This document shows positions 27,896 through 37,718 of a stretch of 55,288 nt of DNA, piece after piece. The DNA is from a virus (lineage: Duplodnaviria; Caudoviricetes). The stretch covers positions 1 through 55,288 of IMG/VR virus record IMGVR_UViG_3300038974_000721. The stretch is one strand, 5' to 3'. The position numbers and the translations under genes are program-made. The notes under the pieces were generated by a model, which made no database searches, had not been told where the DNA came from, and saw nothing but the letters and a program-made list of their open reading frames with translations. Within the stretch, counting starts at the first letter, position 1; each line of letters begins with the position of its first letter.

Positions 27896-28216
27896 ATGTC
27901 TTTGATCGATGACTTCAAGGACGAGATGGCCCAAACCGTGACCATCTATCCCTATCAATCCAATAATGGTTGGGGGGACCAATATGGGGATGGGGCTTCT
28001 TATCCGTGCGCTGTATGCCATCGCAAAATAGAAGTTAAGAGAAAGGGCGGCGATAGCTTCGTATCTTCCTTGCAGATACATCTCGATAAATCTGTTGCAG
28101 TATCTGCCAGAGATAAAGTGGAGTTCGATGGAGAAATCCTTGTGGTCTTGGACGTTAGCACAGAATACGATATAGAAGAGCCTTCAGAGATCTATGCTAG
28201 GGTGATTTATGCCTAA
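27896..28216 (+). CDS. Head-closure (stopper) protein (putative)
   Basis: QTVTIYP....GWGDQ.G...RDKVEFDG pattern; synteny. Confidence 0.65.
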   Translation: MSLIDDFKDEMAQTVTIYPYQSNNGWGDQYGDGASYPCAVCHRKIEVKRKGGDSFVSSLQIHLDKSVAVSARDKVEFDGEILVVLDVSTEYDIEEPSEIYARVIYA

Positions 28217-28550
28217 AGTAGTCTGGCGGGCGGATGCTATTCTCAGGCAGGTTGAGGAGAACGCCTTAAACGGAGCTGAAGAATGGGCGCGGGCTGACGT
28301 CCTGCCCCTATCCCAGGAGAATTGTCCGGTCGATACGGGGACTATGAGGGGGACTGGATCAGTCGTCCGAGAAGGCAAGACTATAGAGATTGGATTCGGC
28401 GGACCGTCTGCGCCCTATACAGTCAGACAGCATGAAGATCTGACCCTGGATCATCCGACGGGTCAGGCCAAATGGCTTGAAAACGCCTTTAACTGGCGGT
28501 TGCCTATGCTGCCAGGCAGAATTGAGCAACGGGTGAGGAGCGTTTTATGA
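28209..28550 (+). CDS. HK97 gp10-like neck/tail completion protein
   Basis: CPVDTGTMRGTG, APYTVRQHE, GQAKWLE. Confidence 0.8.
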   Translation: MPKVVWRADAILRQVEENALNGAEEWARADVLPLSQENCPVDTGTMRGTGSVVREGKTIEIGFGGPSAPYTVRQHEDLTLDHPTGQAKWLENAFNWRLPMLPGRIEQRVRSVL

Positions 28551-28915
28551 CCGACGTTGTAACGGATATGATCAATGCCATTGTAGCTGCGGGGCACGCC
28601 ACAGGGGTTGGCTTGGACATATTTGCTATGTATATCAGGCCAATGCCTGTTTCACAGATAGCGGTTTTACCCACCGGGGGATTAAATCCCATAGTTAGCA
28701 CGGATTCGGTGCATGGCAGACCGGGTGTACAGATCCATATAGTAGACTCGGATCTTGCATCGGCATGGAATAAGGCAAATGGTATCTGGAGCACGTTTTC
28801 AAACACAGATGCTGTCGGTCAAGCCATTTGGGCTGCCAGGTCTGGGCCTCTTTATATGGGCCAAATGGAAGACGGACGACATAAAGTCATAGTCGAATTC
28901 CAGGTATTTGCATAA
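28547..28915 (+). CDS. Tail terminator (putative)
   Basis: PTGG...RPGVQIHI...SGPLYMGQMEDGRH; synteny. Confidence 0.7.
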   Translation: MTDVVTDMINAIVAAGHATGVGLDIFAMYIRPMPVSQIAVLPTGGLNPIVSTDSVHGRPGVQIHIVDSDLASAWNKANGIWSTFSNTDAVGQAIWAARSGPLYMGQMEDGRHKVIVEFQVFA

Positions 28916-28968
28916 TTCTATTTTATTCGTATTTTCTCAGTCTTTGAAGCTTGTTTGGAGGCATATGT

Positions 28969-29403
28969 ATGACAACAGATGCTAAGAGTGGAATGAAGGG
29001 TTCCCTCTGGGTATGCGCAACCCAGGAAGGAACGTATCAAAAAGTTGCTGAGCTGACAGATTTGCAGCTTAGGATCGACGCGGAAGAAATCGAGGCCACG
29101 CACACTGATTCTGGTGGTTGGGGTGACAAGATCGCCGGAAAGAAGCAGTGGGAGATAACACCAAAGAACAACCTCATCACCACAGATACGAACGGTTATG
29201 GGGTTTTAATGAACGCCTTGCTGGGAGATGATACCACGCTCTATTTCAAGATCCTGAGCGAGGGGACACCCACAACCAATCCCGTTGGTTGGCAGGGAGC
29301 TGGCAGAGTTCTGGGTGGTCTACTCACATTGGCCGGTCAGTCCACAGCTCAGAAAGTTGATTGGACAATAAAAGGCAACGGTCCCTTGTCTGTAATTAGC
29401 TGA
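28969..29403 (+). CDS. Tail tube protein (TP901-1/Phage_tail_2-like)
   Basis: IDAEEIEATHTDSGGW.DKIAGKKQWEI; ends WTIKGNGPL. Confidence 0.85.
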   Translation: MTTDAKSGMKGSLWVCATQEGTYQKVAELTDLQLRIDAEEIEATHTDSGGWGDKIAGKKQWEITPKNNLITTDTNGYGVLMNALLGDDTTLYFKILSEGTPTTNPVGWQGAGRVLGGLLTLAGQSTAQKVDWTIKGNGPLSVIS

Positions 29404-29411
29404 GGTGGTTC

Positions 29412-30407
29412 ATGACTACCTCAGCCATATCTGGATTAAGTGCTTCCTTATATAGGGACGATCCGGAAAATCCTTCAGTCACATTCACCAATGTACCCCT
29501 GGTGGACTCCGGGGACCAAATTCACTGGCAGGCACCACGGGGACACCGCTATTGGGATGATGCCTATTCTATCACAATTGAAAAACAGGTAGGTGGATCG
29601 GGCGACTGGATAGACATAACCGATCAATGTCAAATCAACTACCTAAGAGGCCGCGTAACGGTTGATACCGCCCTGGGTGCTACTGATTTAGTGAGGGCTT
29701 CGGGTAAACGCAGGGATGAAGACGATTTCATAAAAATTGCCAATCTATATGATGCCAAACTCACCATAAACGGTAGTGAGATCGATATCACAACGTGCGA
29801 AGATAAGGGGTGGGGCGCAAAGATGGCATCTTTTTTGGGCTGGGAGCTAAGCGCCGGGGCTTATTACTATGCAATAGAAGATCATGCCAATCTGTTATCC
29901 GAGGAGATGATCGCTAAGATCTACGCATTTAATAGACAAGGCTATCATACGTCGGATTTCAATCCTTCCACCGACATCAGTGGAAGCACCGATGATAGCT
30001 TCAAGATCCAGCTTGATGATGAACCTAGCCCTTCCTTAGTGACTCTGACGGTTAGTGGGAAAAATAGTGGTGCCTTGATAGCCAGCGAAATGCAATCTAG
30101 GATCAGGGCGCTTGGAGCACCTTATGATACAGTGACCGTGAAATTTTTGGGCGGTAGATATAAGATAATTTCCGGCACGAGAGGTCCAACAAGCAAGGTG
30201 AGGATTCTGAACGCCGATACGAAGAACATAGCAGACAGCCTGAAGATCGGCACTGAGAACGGCGGCATAAACACCGACGGATCGGCGTATTCCTTTGTGG
30301 GTAAAGGCGCTCTGAACAGCATTGAGAATATGGTGGCGAACCCCAACGATGCCCAGAAGGAGACTCTGACCTTCAAGGGCCGGGGCGAAATATATCCGGA
30401 GAGCTGA
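29412..30407 (+). CDS. Second tail-tube paralogue with two inserted domains
   Basis: INGSEIDITTCEDKGW.AKMASFLGWEL and terminal LTFKGRGEI match the preceding tube gene; extra segments of ~100 and ~115 aa. Confidence 0.7.
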   Translation: MTTSAISGLSASLYRDDPENPSVTFTNVPLVDSGDQIHWQAPRGHRYWDDAYSITIEKQVGGSGDWIDITDQCQINYLRGRVTVDTALGATDLVRASGKRRDEDDFIKIANLYDAKLTINGSEIDITTCEDKGWGAKMASFLGWELSAGAYYYAIEDHANLLSEEMIAKIYAFNRQGYHTSDFNPSTDISGSTDDSFKIQLDDEPSPSLVTLTVSGKNSGALIASEMQSRIRALGAPYDTVTVKFLGGRYKIISGTRGPTSKVRILNADTKNIADSLKIGTENGGINTDGSAYSFVGKGALNSIENMVANPNDAQKETLTFKGRGEIYPES

Positions 30408-30408
30408 A

Positions 30409-30930
30409 ATGAGGGACATTATAGTTGATATGGATGAGGTTCGGAAATTCAGATGGACATGGGATGCTATTCAGAAGTTTGAATCCAGGGCAAAGAGCAT
30501 CCTAAAGAGGCAGGATATTCTGCAGCCTGGTATGACCACTCATACCGGCCATGTTCTGACAGCATATATCAGAATGGCCGATATCCTGGAGGCCGCGGTA
30601 GGGGCCGTTATTGGTAATCCCGAAGGAGCCAAGGGGGCTATCGAGGCATACCTGGAGAAAGGCGGCGATCTTGAGACTCTGCAACTGAAGATCTATGAGG
30701 CATATCTGGTGGCAGCCGACCCTTCTTCCTTGGAGAATTGGGAAGCCGATATTCGCATGGAAGAGGAGACCAGGCGGATCAACCGCGAGAAGGCGAACGC
30801 GAAGCTGGAAATTGCCCGGCTGGAGCTAGCAGACGACCTGGCAAAGATCGAGAGGCTGAAGAAGCTGGCAGAGAATCAACCGGGGACGACGAACTCAGTG
30901 AAGCCGCCAGATTCGCCTACATCCAATTAG
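30409..30930 (+). CDS. Tail assembly chaperone (gpG-like)
   Basis: Between tube and tape measure; RKFRWTWDAIQKFE motif. Confidence 0.7.
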   Translation: MRDIIVDMDEVRKFRWTWDAIQKFESRAKSILKRQDILQPGMTTHTGHVLTAYIRMADILEAAVGAVIGNPEGAKGAIEAYLEKGGDLETLQLKIYEAYLVAADPSSLENWEADIRMEEETRRINREKANAKLEIARLELADDLAKIERLKKLAENQPGTTNSVKPPDSPTSN

Positions 30931-31211
30931 GGCTACTCCCTAATCAATTTCTTGACCTTACGCCCAACGAACTGCGTGCTCTCCAGGAACATCATAGGCT
31001 AGAAGTAAACAGGGAACGCGAGCTTTCTGCTTTTGCTGGTTACTGTTCTGGTGCAGCGTTCGCTATGGCTTGGGCAGGCGAACTTACAGAATTTAAAGAT
31101 TTTTATCGCATAGACGAGCCCGTGGTAAATACATCCTCTGAGTTGGATTTAGAGTACCACATTCGCATGATGCGGCTCTGTGGTGAAGGCGGGCCACCGC
31201 TTGACCACTGA
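30880..31211 (+). CDS. Tail chaperone extension (gpT-like), probably reached by -1 frameshift; start approximate
   Basis: The -1 frame, open from 30699, encodes LGLLPNQFLDLTPNEL and has no ATG before that motif. Confidence 0.6.
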
Positions 31212-31262
31212 ATAAAATCACACAATTTTCTCTATTGTTAGTTAGATCTAGCGGAGCGAATA

Positions 31263-34200
31263 ATGGCAGTAGAAGTCGGAAGGGTAACAGCAGTTATCGA
31301 TGGAGATATCTCTCCGCTTCAAGGCAAACTGGCTCAGGCCAAAACCCAGGCCACAACCGCTGTAGCTGGGATAGAGACCAGCGTTAGCTCCCAGGTCCGG
31401 ACAGGATTGTCCGGTGCCATTTCTAAGAGCAATTGGAAGGACGTTGGGCGCAGCTTGGCTGACGATCTAGTATCTGGCATAGCGGCTCCGTTCGGGGCAG
31501 CTGGCAGCGCCCTATCTACAGCAGCCACAGCCCTAGGGCCTACTGGCATACTGGCAGGGGCGGCCATAGCCGGGGCGGCTGCCATTGCTGGAGCATCCAC
31601 TTCGGCGGCTATGGAGTGGGAGGCCGGGATGGCTCAGATCTCCAAGACCACCGGCATTAAAAAGGGCACCGAAGATTTCGAAAAACTGAACCAGGAGCTT
31701 AAAGACCTGTACGCCCAATCGCCCACAACGGTTGCAGGTATTCAATCGGTGGCGGCTGCTGCAGGTTCTCTTGGAATAGAAAAGACCGCCCTGGCTGGAT
31801 TCACACAAGTAGCCCTGGAAATGGGTTCTGCCTTCGATATCCCTGCTGAAGAAGCAGCGGTAGCTATCGGCAAGATAAAAGGACAGCTTAAGAGCCTGCC
31901 TGAGGGTGCTTCGGACTCTGCAGACTTTGCCCGCAAATTTGGTTCTGCAGTGGATTATGTGGGCAACAATTTCAATGCTACCGAACGGGATGTTCTCGAC
32001 TTCTCGACCAGGGTAAGCGGGTCTCTGTCCTCCCTGGGTGCCGGTGCCTATGAGATCGCCGGGTGGGGCGGGATGCTCGCGTCGGTATTTCCTTCTGCTG
32101 AACGTGCTGCAGGTTCATTCGATGCGCTGCTGAACCAGCTGACGGCCAATGAGGATTCTGCTGCAGTAGCAGCCAGGCTCCTGGGGGTTAATGTCGATGA
32201 GTTCATGGCTTCGATGACCACGGACCCAACCGACACTATTCTCAGAATCGGCGCTGCCCTGGAAGATTTACCTTCAGATAAGCTCATGAGCACCGCCAAA
32301 GCCCTGGGTGGTGCCTATGGCATGGACGTCCTGGTCAAGATGATCGGCCACACCCAGGAGTGGAAGCAGGCCATAGAGGATACGGTGGAAGCCGGTAAGA
32401 AGGGCGAATCCATAGGCGAAAGCTTCGCCTCCGGAGCGGACAATGCAAGAGCACAACTAAAGATCCTTCGGAATTCGGTAGGTGCCATATTACAGGATAT
32501 AGGCGGCCCGATACTGGACGCCTTCACGCCGGTTATATCCGGCCTGGCTGCGGGGCTCAATAAGATCCGCACCATAGGAGAGAACCTTTGGGAGCCGCTT
32601 CTCACGGTTACCGGACCAGTTCGAGATGCTGTGGGCGAGGTGGTGGACAGATTTGGAGATCTGGCAAACATCTCCCTGGATACCCTGGTGGCCGGGGCGA
32701 AAGGTGTTAATGAGGCGTTCCGTATCGGCGGGGCATTTGTCGGAGCCTTCAAGAAAGAGCTACGTGATGTAGTCACCAGCTCATCGCTTTTCAAGACTGC
32801 TGAGGGGTATGTCAATAGCTTCAAGGAGAAGCTATCTGGTATCGGCACGACATTCAGCGAAGCGAAAAACAAGATCGTAGATGGCCTGTCAAATGCCATC
32901 CCAACGGCCATATCTGGAGCTATAAGCGCCTTTGGAAGGCTCGGAGATAAAGCTGCTTCAGCCCTTGGAATAGGTGACCTGATCGATAAAGCAGAAAGTT
33001 CCATTGGGCAGGTTACAGGCTTCTTCAGCCGGGTATATGATACGGCGGCAGAAGAACTCGGATGGAAGACCGAGAACGCCATGAAAGACGGTCTAGTCGA
33101 TGGGGCCAATAGCGCACAAGCCAGCGTAGCCAGCACTGTTGAATCCGCTGTATCTAAGGGGGCAACGGCGGGATTCGACGCTATCAAGAAAGGTCTGGTG
33201 GATGCAGGATACGATCCTACCCTGGCTGGTTATATGACGGCCTTTGGCTTGTCTCCCGAAGGGGCATTGGCGGTCATAAATAAACAGACCTCTTCGAAGC
33301 ATGAATATGGAGGCATATTTGGAAGGGGGTCCGGTGAATATGTCACCACTATAGACGGAACCAGCGTTGGTCTGAGATATCAATCATCAAAGCATTATGG
33401 TCAAGATCAAGCATCGCTCTGGATTGGTGGACAGCGGGTAGCCGGTCCTATCACGGGTTCTGATGCTAGAGCGGTTATCAAAGCTCTTCTCGATGAGATC
33501 AATATCGCCTCCCTAGCGAACGAAGCTACCTATCTGGATCTGATGGGCAAATCCGGACAGGCCGAAGTCTGGAGGCTCCAGCAGAGACAGGCAGAGGAGA
33601 CAGGCAAAAAGCTTTCTCAGCCAGTATTAGACACCGGCATGAAGTTCAAACGCTATGGAGAAGACACTTCTGTGCGATTGAACACGGCGGGCATCAACAC
33701 GTCGCGGGAAATAGTATCGGCTGGCTACAAGATAGGTTTGGATGGCCATTTAGCAGCTTCTTCAATATTGACGGGTGGACAGATAGGCGGGAAAGCCACA
33801 GAAGAGGGTGGATTGGTGGCTGGCAGTGCCCTGACCAGCGCGGCCAATGCCATACGTTCGGCCATACCTAGCATCTACGCTCTAGGGCGGATCGGATATT
33901 CATCTGGAGAGACTGGCAACGCCCTGATCAGCGCTGCCAATGCTATACGTTCGGCGATACCCAGCATCTATGCTCTCGGGCGGGTCGGTTATTCTAGCGG
34001 AACGGGCGTTGGCAGCACTACGGCTGCTACTAGTGGTAGCAAGAGTTCGGCTATAATCGAGACGCGCAGTGCTATGGATATATACAAATCGCTCTTAAAC
34101 GTCTCGGATTTATCCGCTTGGGGCGGTTCACCTAAATATTACACTAAGGTGGCAGATGTTACTAGCGCCACAGCCGACGAACTTGATTATTTAGGTGATG

Positions 34201-35111
34201 CAGCAAATACTTGTGGTATCGCTGCATACGACTTATCCCAGGCCCAAACCCGTGCTGTGTCCGCAACAAACTTCTATGCAGACACAACCTTCCAGGCATC
34301 CCGAGGCATTCAATACACGCAGGAAACTTTAGACTATATGTCGGGCTGCGTCCTGTCTGATTTTGCTCGTTGGCAGGAATCCATGCCGGGGCTTTTTAAA
34401 GAATCATATATCGGTCCAACCGCTGCCAGGGGTTATCAGCTTCCAGCTGTCTTCAGGGATGCAGCCGCGAATACTGAAGAAATGTCAGGCACCACACTAG
34501 CCACTACTGGCAGTCTAGGCACATATAATGGTGCTCTGAAGCTGGGTCGAAATGCCATAACAAATTTCATCAGCGCGCAAAATACAGCCGCTAATTCAGC
34601 TAATGCCTACGCTACTGCAACGGCATACGCCTCCACCCAGGTATATGCTGCATCAAACGGCGTGAGATATACGGCTGAAGCGATGACCGACATGGCCGGT
34701 TGCGTCCTGTCCGATTTTGCCCGCTGGCAAGAATCCACACCGGGGCTTTTCTATGAGTCCTACATCGGCCCGACATCTGGATGGGCCGGGCCTGGAAAGG
34801 GCGCAATATCGTCCCCATCGAACTATCAGTTACCACCCATTTTCCAGTCTTTCGCCAACGAGGGTTACATAGCATCTCCCACCCTGGCTATTGTCGGCGA
34901 CCGGCCTGGTGGTGAGTATGTCGTAGGGGCTGCCAGGTTTGAGGCGGCGCTTGAGAAGATGAGAGGGGGCACAAATATCACCATCAACAGCCCTATAACC
35001 GTTTACGGCGGCGGGGATACCGCCTCACTGGATGCAGTATTAGCCAAAAGAAATAGGGAGCTGATGCAGGAGATAACATCCAAGATATCGGCAGCTGCTA
35101 AGCACCTTTAG
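31263..35111 (+). CDS. Tail tape measure protein (TP901 family core)
   Basis: 1282 aa, A/G/S-rich; WEAGMAQISKTT...AAAAGSLGI core; C-terminal FANEGYIASPTLAIVGD..GGEYV. Confidence 0.93.
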   Translation: MAVEVGRVTAVIDGDISPLQGKLAQAKTQATTAVAGIETSVSSQVRTGLSGAISKSNWKDVGRSLADDLVSGIAAPFGAAGSALSTAATALGPTGILAGAAIAGAAAIAGASTSAAMEWEAGMAQISKTTGIKKGTEDFEKLNQELKDLYAQSPTTVAGIQSVAAAAGSLGIEKTALAGFTQVALEMGSAFDIPAEEAAVAIGKIKGQLKSLPEGASDSADFARKFGSAVDYVGNNFNATERDVLDFSTRVSGSLSSLGAGAYEIAGWGGMLASVFPSAERAAGSFDALLNQLTANEDSAAVAARLLGVNVDEFMASMTTDPTDTILRIGAALEDLPSDKLMSTAKALGGAYGMDVLVKMIGHTQEWKQAIEDTVEAGKKGESIGESFASGADNARAQLKILRNSVGAILQDIGGPILDAFTPVISGLAAGLNKIRTIGENLWEPLLTVTGPVRDAVGEVVDRFGDLANISLDTLVAGAKGVNEAFRIGGAFVGAFKKELRDVVTSSSLFKTAEGYVNSFKEKLSGIGTTFSEAKNKIVDGLSNAIPTAISGAISAFGRLGDKAASALGIGDLIDKAESSIGQVTGFFSRVYDTAAEELGWKTENAMKDGLVDGANSAQASVASTVESAVSKGATAGFDAIKKGLVDAGYDPTLAGYMTAFGLSPEGALAVINKQTSSKHEYGGIFGRGSGEYVTTIDGTSVGLRYQSSKHYGQDQASLWIGGQRVAGPITGSDARAVIKALLDEINIASLANEATYLDLMGKSGQAEVWRLQQRQAEETGKKLSQPVLDTGMKFKRYGEDTSVRLNTAGINTSREIVSAGYKIGLDGHLAASSILTGGQIGGKATEEGGLVAGSALTSAANAIRSAIPSIYALGRIGYSSGETGNALISAANAIRSAIPSIYALGRVGYSSGTGVGSTTAATSGSKSSAIIETRSAMDIYKSLLNVSDLSAWGGSPKYYTKVADVTSATADELDYLGDAANTCGIAAYDLSQAQTRAVSATNFYADTTFQASRGIQYTQETLDYMSGCVLSDFARWQESMPGLFKESYIGPTAARGYQLPAVFRDAAANTEEMSGTTLATTGSLGTYNGALKLGRNAITNFISAQNTAANSANAYATATAYASTQVYAASNGVRYTAEAMTDMAGCVLSDFARWQESTPGLFYESYIGPTSGWAGPGKGAISSPSNYQLPPIFQSFANEGYIASPTLAIVGDRPGGEYVVGAARFEAALEKMRGGTNITINSPITVYGGGDTASLDAVLAKRNRELMQEITSKISAAAKHL

Positions 35112-35574
35112 GCTGGATGGCATCCTCGCCGCTGATCACTGGCGGACCGCGGCGATCCATAGCGAAGACTTCTTCAGGTGTATCGCAGAGCTTCCACATC
35201 TCCAGCTCAGTGATCACCTTACCTATTCTTTCGGTGAGGTTCACACCCTGGGTGTCCAAACCGATCCAACCATCCTCCACCGGCACCACTACATAACAAT
35301 GGCTATACCGATATCCATCAACATAGGCATAAAAACGTATAGCAATCTTTGGATCATAACCGCGAGCTTTCAGGAATCGCCAATTAGCGGCACTAAGATC
35401 TACACAATCGAAAACATCCTCTTTCCATTTATACTTGAAATAGTACATATCCGCCAACTCCTGCAACAATATAATTTGGCTGGTGTTGTTACACGGTGGC
35501 AAATTCCAAGTTTCACTATGTACTGATGCTGCTAATATAAAACCTAGTATTATAATTTTAATAATTATATGCAT
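35098..35574 (-). CDS. Secreted transglutaminase/papain-like Cys-His-Asp protein (moron)
   Basis: ATG at 35574, signal peptide, FDCVD...SHCYV...GLDT triad pattern; antisense to the tail operon. Confidence 0.65.
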   Translation of the reverse strand: MHIIIKIIILGFILAASVHSETWNLPPCNNTSQIILLQELADMYYFKYKWKEDVFDCVDLSAANWRFLKARGYDPKIAIRFYAYVDGYRYSHCYVVVPVEDGWIGLDTQGVNLTERIGKVITELEMWKLCDTPEEVFAMDRRGPPVISGEDAIQPKGA

Positions 35575-35623
35575 ATACAAGAATAGTTCATATTTTCGAA
35601 TATATGGATTACGGGGCCTGATA

Positions 35624-37396
35624 ATGGAAATTTTAATAACAAACGTGGGAAGCGAACCTATCGAAATTGATGCAGATAGCTGGGAGTTGAAAGAGTATAG
35701 GGATGCGCATCGAGCAGCAGAGCTTACTATAAAATGCAGTCGGAAAGTTCCCATCACCAGGTACGCTCATGTTATCGCTTCAGAGGGACGCAGAGTTCTA
35801 TTTCGCGGTTATATCCAGCAGCCACGGATAAAGAATATAAAAACCAGAGAACTGCTATGCAAAGGTGAAGAAGATCTTCTTCTCAGAAGATTTACCGGAC
35901 GATATTCTTATGTGCCGTCCCAGAGGCGTTTAATACATGCTTTAAAAAGCGATGTGCCGAACCAGACCGTCGATGCTTATGGGGTCACTAGAAATGTCGG
36001 GTTGCTTTTCATGGCTAACTCCCTTATACATTATTATGGCAATGTTATAACGTCAGGCACGCCTCATTATGATTGGGTAGCCCTAGGTAGTTGGATATAT
36101 AAGTTGCCCGGACTCGGCCTAAATAGTCGAATTGGCTCTGCAAATATCTATTCTCTTGGACTGCTTCTCCCTAGAGTATATAACTGGGATGAATTTGTAA
36201 ACACTACAACCATAGGCAGGTATTCGGACGCTACGGATTTATATGTCAAAATAAACGATTCTGATCATAATATCGGTTTCGGTCCGTCTTTGCCATTATT
36301 CGCAGAAAATGCATATGATACCGGGGTAAGATTAGGACAATTAGACCAACCCGATACGATTCTTACAGGCAATTTCCAGACATCTTATGACAGGATTTTG
36401 GATATACTGATAGATCTGGCTGAGTATCACCAGCTACAGCCAAGATACAGAAGAGATCGGGAACACACATACCTGGATGTACTGAAAGATCCTGTTGATA
36501 GTGAGTTCTTGCTCCCTGAAGACTTGATTGAAGAAATTAGCCAATCCGTAAATAATGATCCCATCCCGTCGGTATTGATTGGCCGGGGCGTTGGCAGCAG
36601 GGACGTGCGCCATATGTATGCACCATCCGATCACAGTTGGAAAGGTATTTGGTATGAAGATGTTATGGACATCGAGAACGGATTCATAGACACTATGGGC
36701 ATTTTGAAGCCGACGGTGGATGCTGAATACACGAAAATACAATCTAATGAAGTTTTCACTTTAATACCAACCAGCGAATGGATGTATAGGCCCAAAGTCA
36801 ATGATATGATAAATCTGAGATTGGTTGGAGAACCTACTAGAATTCTGCAGGTCTCCAGCATTTTGCTGGACTCAGATGGTCGAATGGAGCTGGAGATTGG
36901 CAACCGAAAGGACGACATCGTGGATGCGTTTCATTCCAAGTCTTCGCTTGGACAAGTTTACCTCGATGAATACATTGTTGAATATGGGAAAGCTATAACA
37001 ATTACGGGTAGCATTCAGTTGGGGGACTCCGGCCATGATTGGTGCACTGGAGGTCTGGCGAGATTTACCATACCAGAAGCTGTTTATGTCGCCGATTGGA
37101 GTCACAGGGTGACCGCAGATATAACAATAACAGCAGACGTTCCGCCCGAACCGATGTATGTAAAGATTTTTGTGAATGGTTTGGCTAATATATTCTGCCA
37201 GCCCACTAACTATTTGCTTGGCGATACTATTCAGAACCTCGATATCACTCGATATGTGTACTATGGCTCGCAATCCGAATTGACTCTCTTTTTGAAAAAG
37301 AAGGGAGATTGGGAGGGGGCGGATTGCTCTGCACATCCGACGGCTGATGTGACGGTTACTATCCGAAGCTGGAAGAGAACTCTGCCACCTGCTTGA
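35624..37396 (+). CDS. Tail tip / hub protein (putative)
   Basis: Likely start ATG 35624; beta-rich, LFRGYI and ELEIGN motifs; follows the tape measure gene. Confidence 0.65.
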   Translation: MEILITNVGSEPIEIDADSWELKEYRDAHRAAELTIKCSRKVPITRYAHVIASEGRRVLFRGYIQQPRIKNIKTRELLCKGEEDLLLRRFTGRYSYVPSQRRLIHALKSDVPNQTVDAYGVTRNVGLLFMANSLIHYYGNVITSGTPHYDWVALGSWIYKLPGLGLNSRIGSANIYSLGLLLPRVYNWDEFVNTTTIGRYSDATDLYVKINDSDHNIGFGPSLPLFAENAYDTGVRLGQLDQPDTILTGNFQTSYDRILDILIDLAEYHQLQPRYRRDREHTYLDVLKDPVDSEFLLPEDLIEEISQSVNNDPIPSVLIGRGVGSRDVRHMYAPSDHSWKGIWYEDVMDIENGFIDTMGILKPTVDAEYTKIQSNEVFTLIPTSEWMYRPKVNDMINLRLVGEPTRILQVSSILLDSDGRMELEIGNRKDDIVDAFHSKSSLGQVYLDEYIVEYGKAITITGSIQLGDSGHDWCTGGLARFTIPEAVYVADWSHRVTADITITADVPPEPMYVKIFVNGLANIFCQPTNYLLGDTIQNLDITRYVYYGSQSELTLFLKKKGDWEGADCSAHPTADVTVTIRSWKRTLPPA

Positions 37397-37409
37397 GGGG
37401 TTGATTTTT

Positions 37410-37718
37410 ATGTATCTTGAAGGCATAATTAATGATCTCACGCCAGCTGCCAAGTTGGCTGACATAATCATGAGTCGGCGAAATAAAATTACAGAAGAAT
37501 ACAAAACGAGAAGCTTGGCTGAAATAGTTCAGGGCGGCGGCGGGAAACTCCGGGATGAGAAGGATATTCGGGCGCGTGTGACCGGGGATCGAATCTTGCT
37601 CTCTGATGTCTTTGATATCGATGAAGAACTGGAGAAGGATAAAGAGAAGACAGCACGACTTGAGTCAAGGCTCGCTGAATTCGACCAGAATATTATTCGG
37701 AGTATTGAGCGATCATGA
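37410..37718 (+). CDS. Hypothetical protein
   Basis: ORF coupled (ATGA) to the next tail gene. Confidence 0.55.
   Translation: MYLEGIINDLTPAAKLADIIMSRRNKITEEYKTRSLAEIVQGGGGKLRDEKDIRARVTGDRILLSDVFDIDEELEKDKEKTARLESRLAEFDQNIIRSIERS

Noticed and set aside
32315-33187. 290-aa minus-strand ORF and similar long antisense ORFs (21276..21980, 6367..6885, 23376..23867)
   Set aside because: Shadows of well-supported plus-strand genes, with no motifs.
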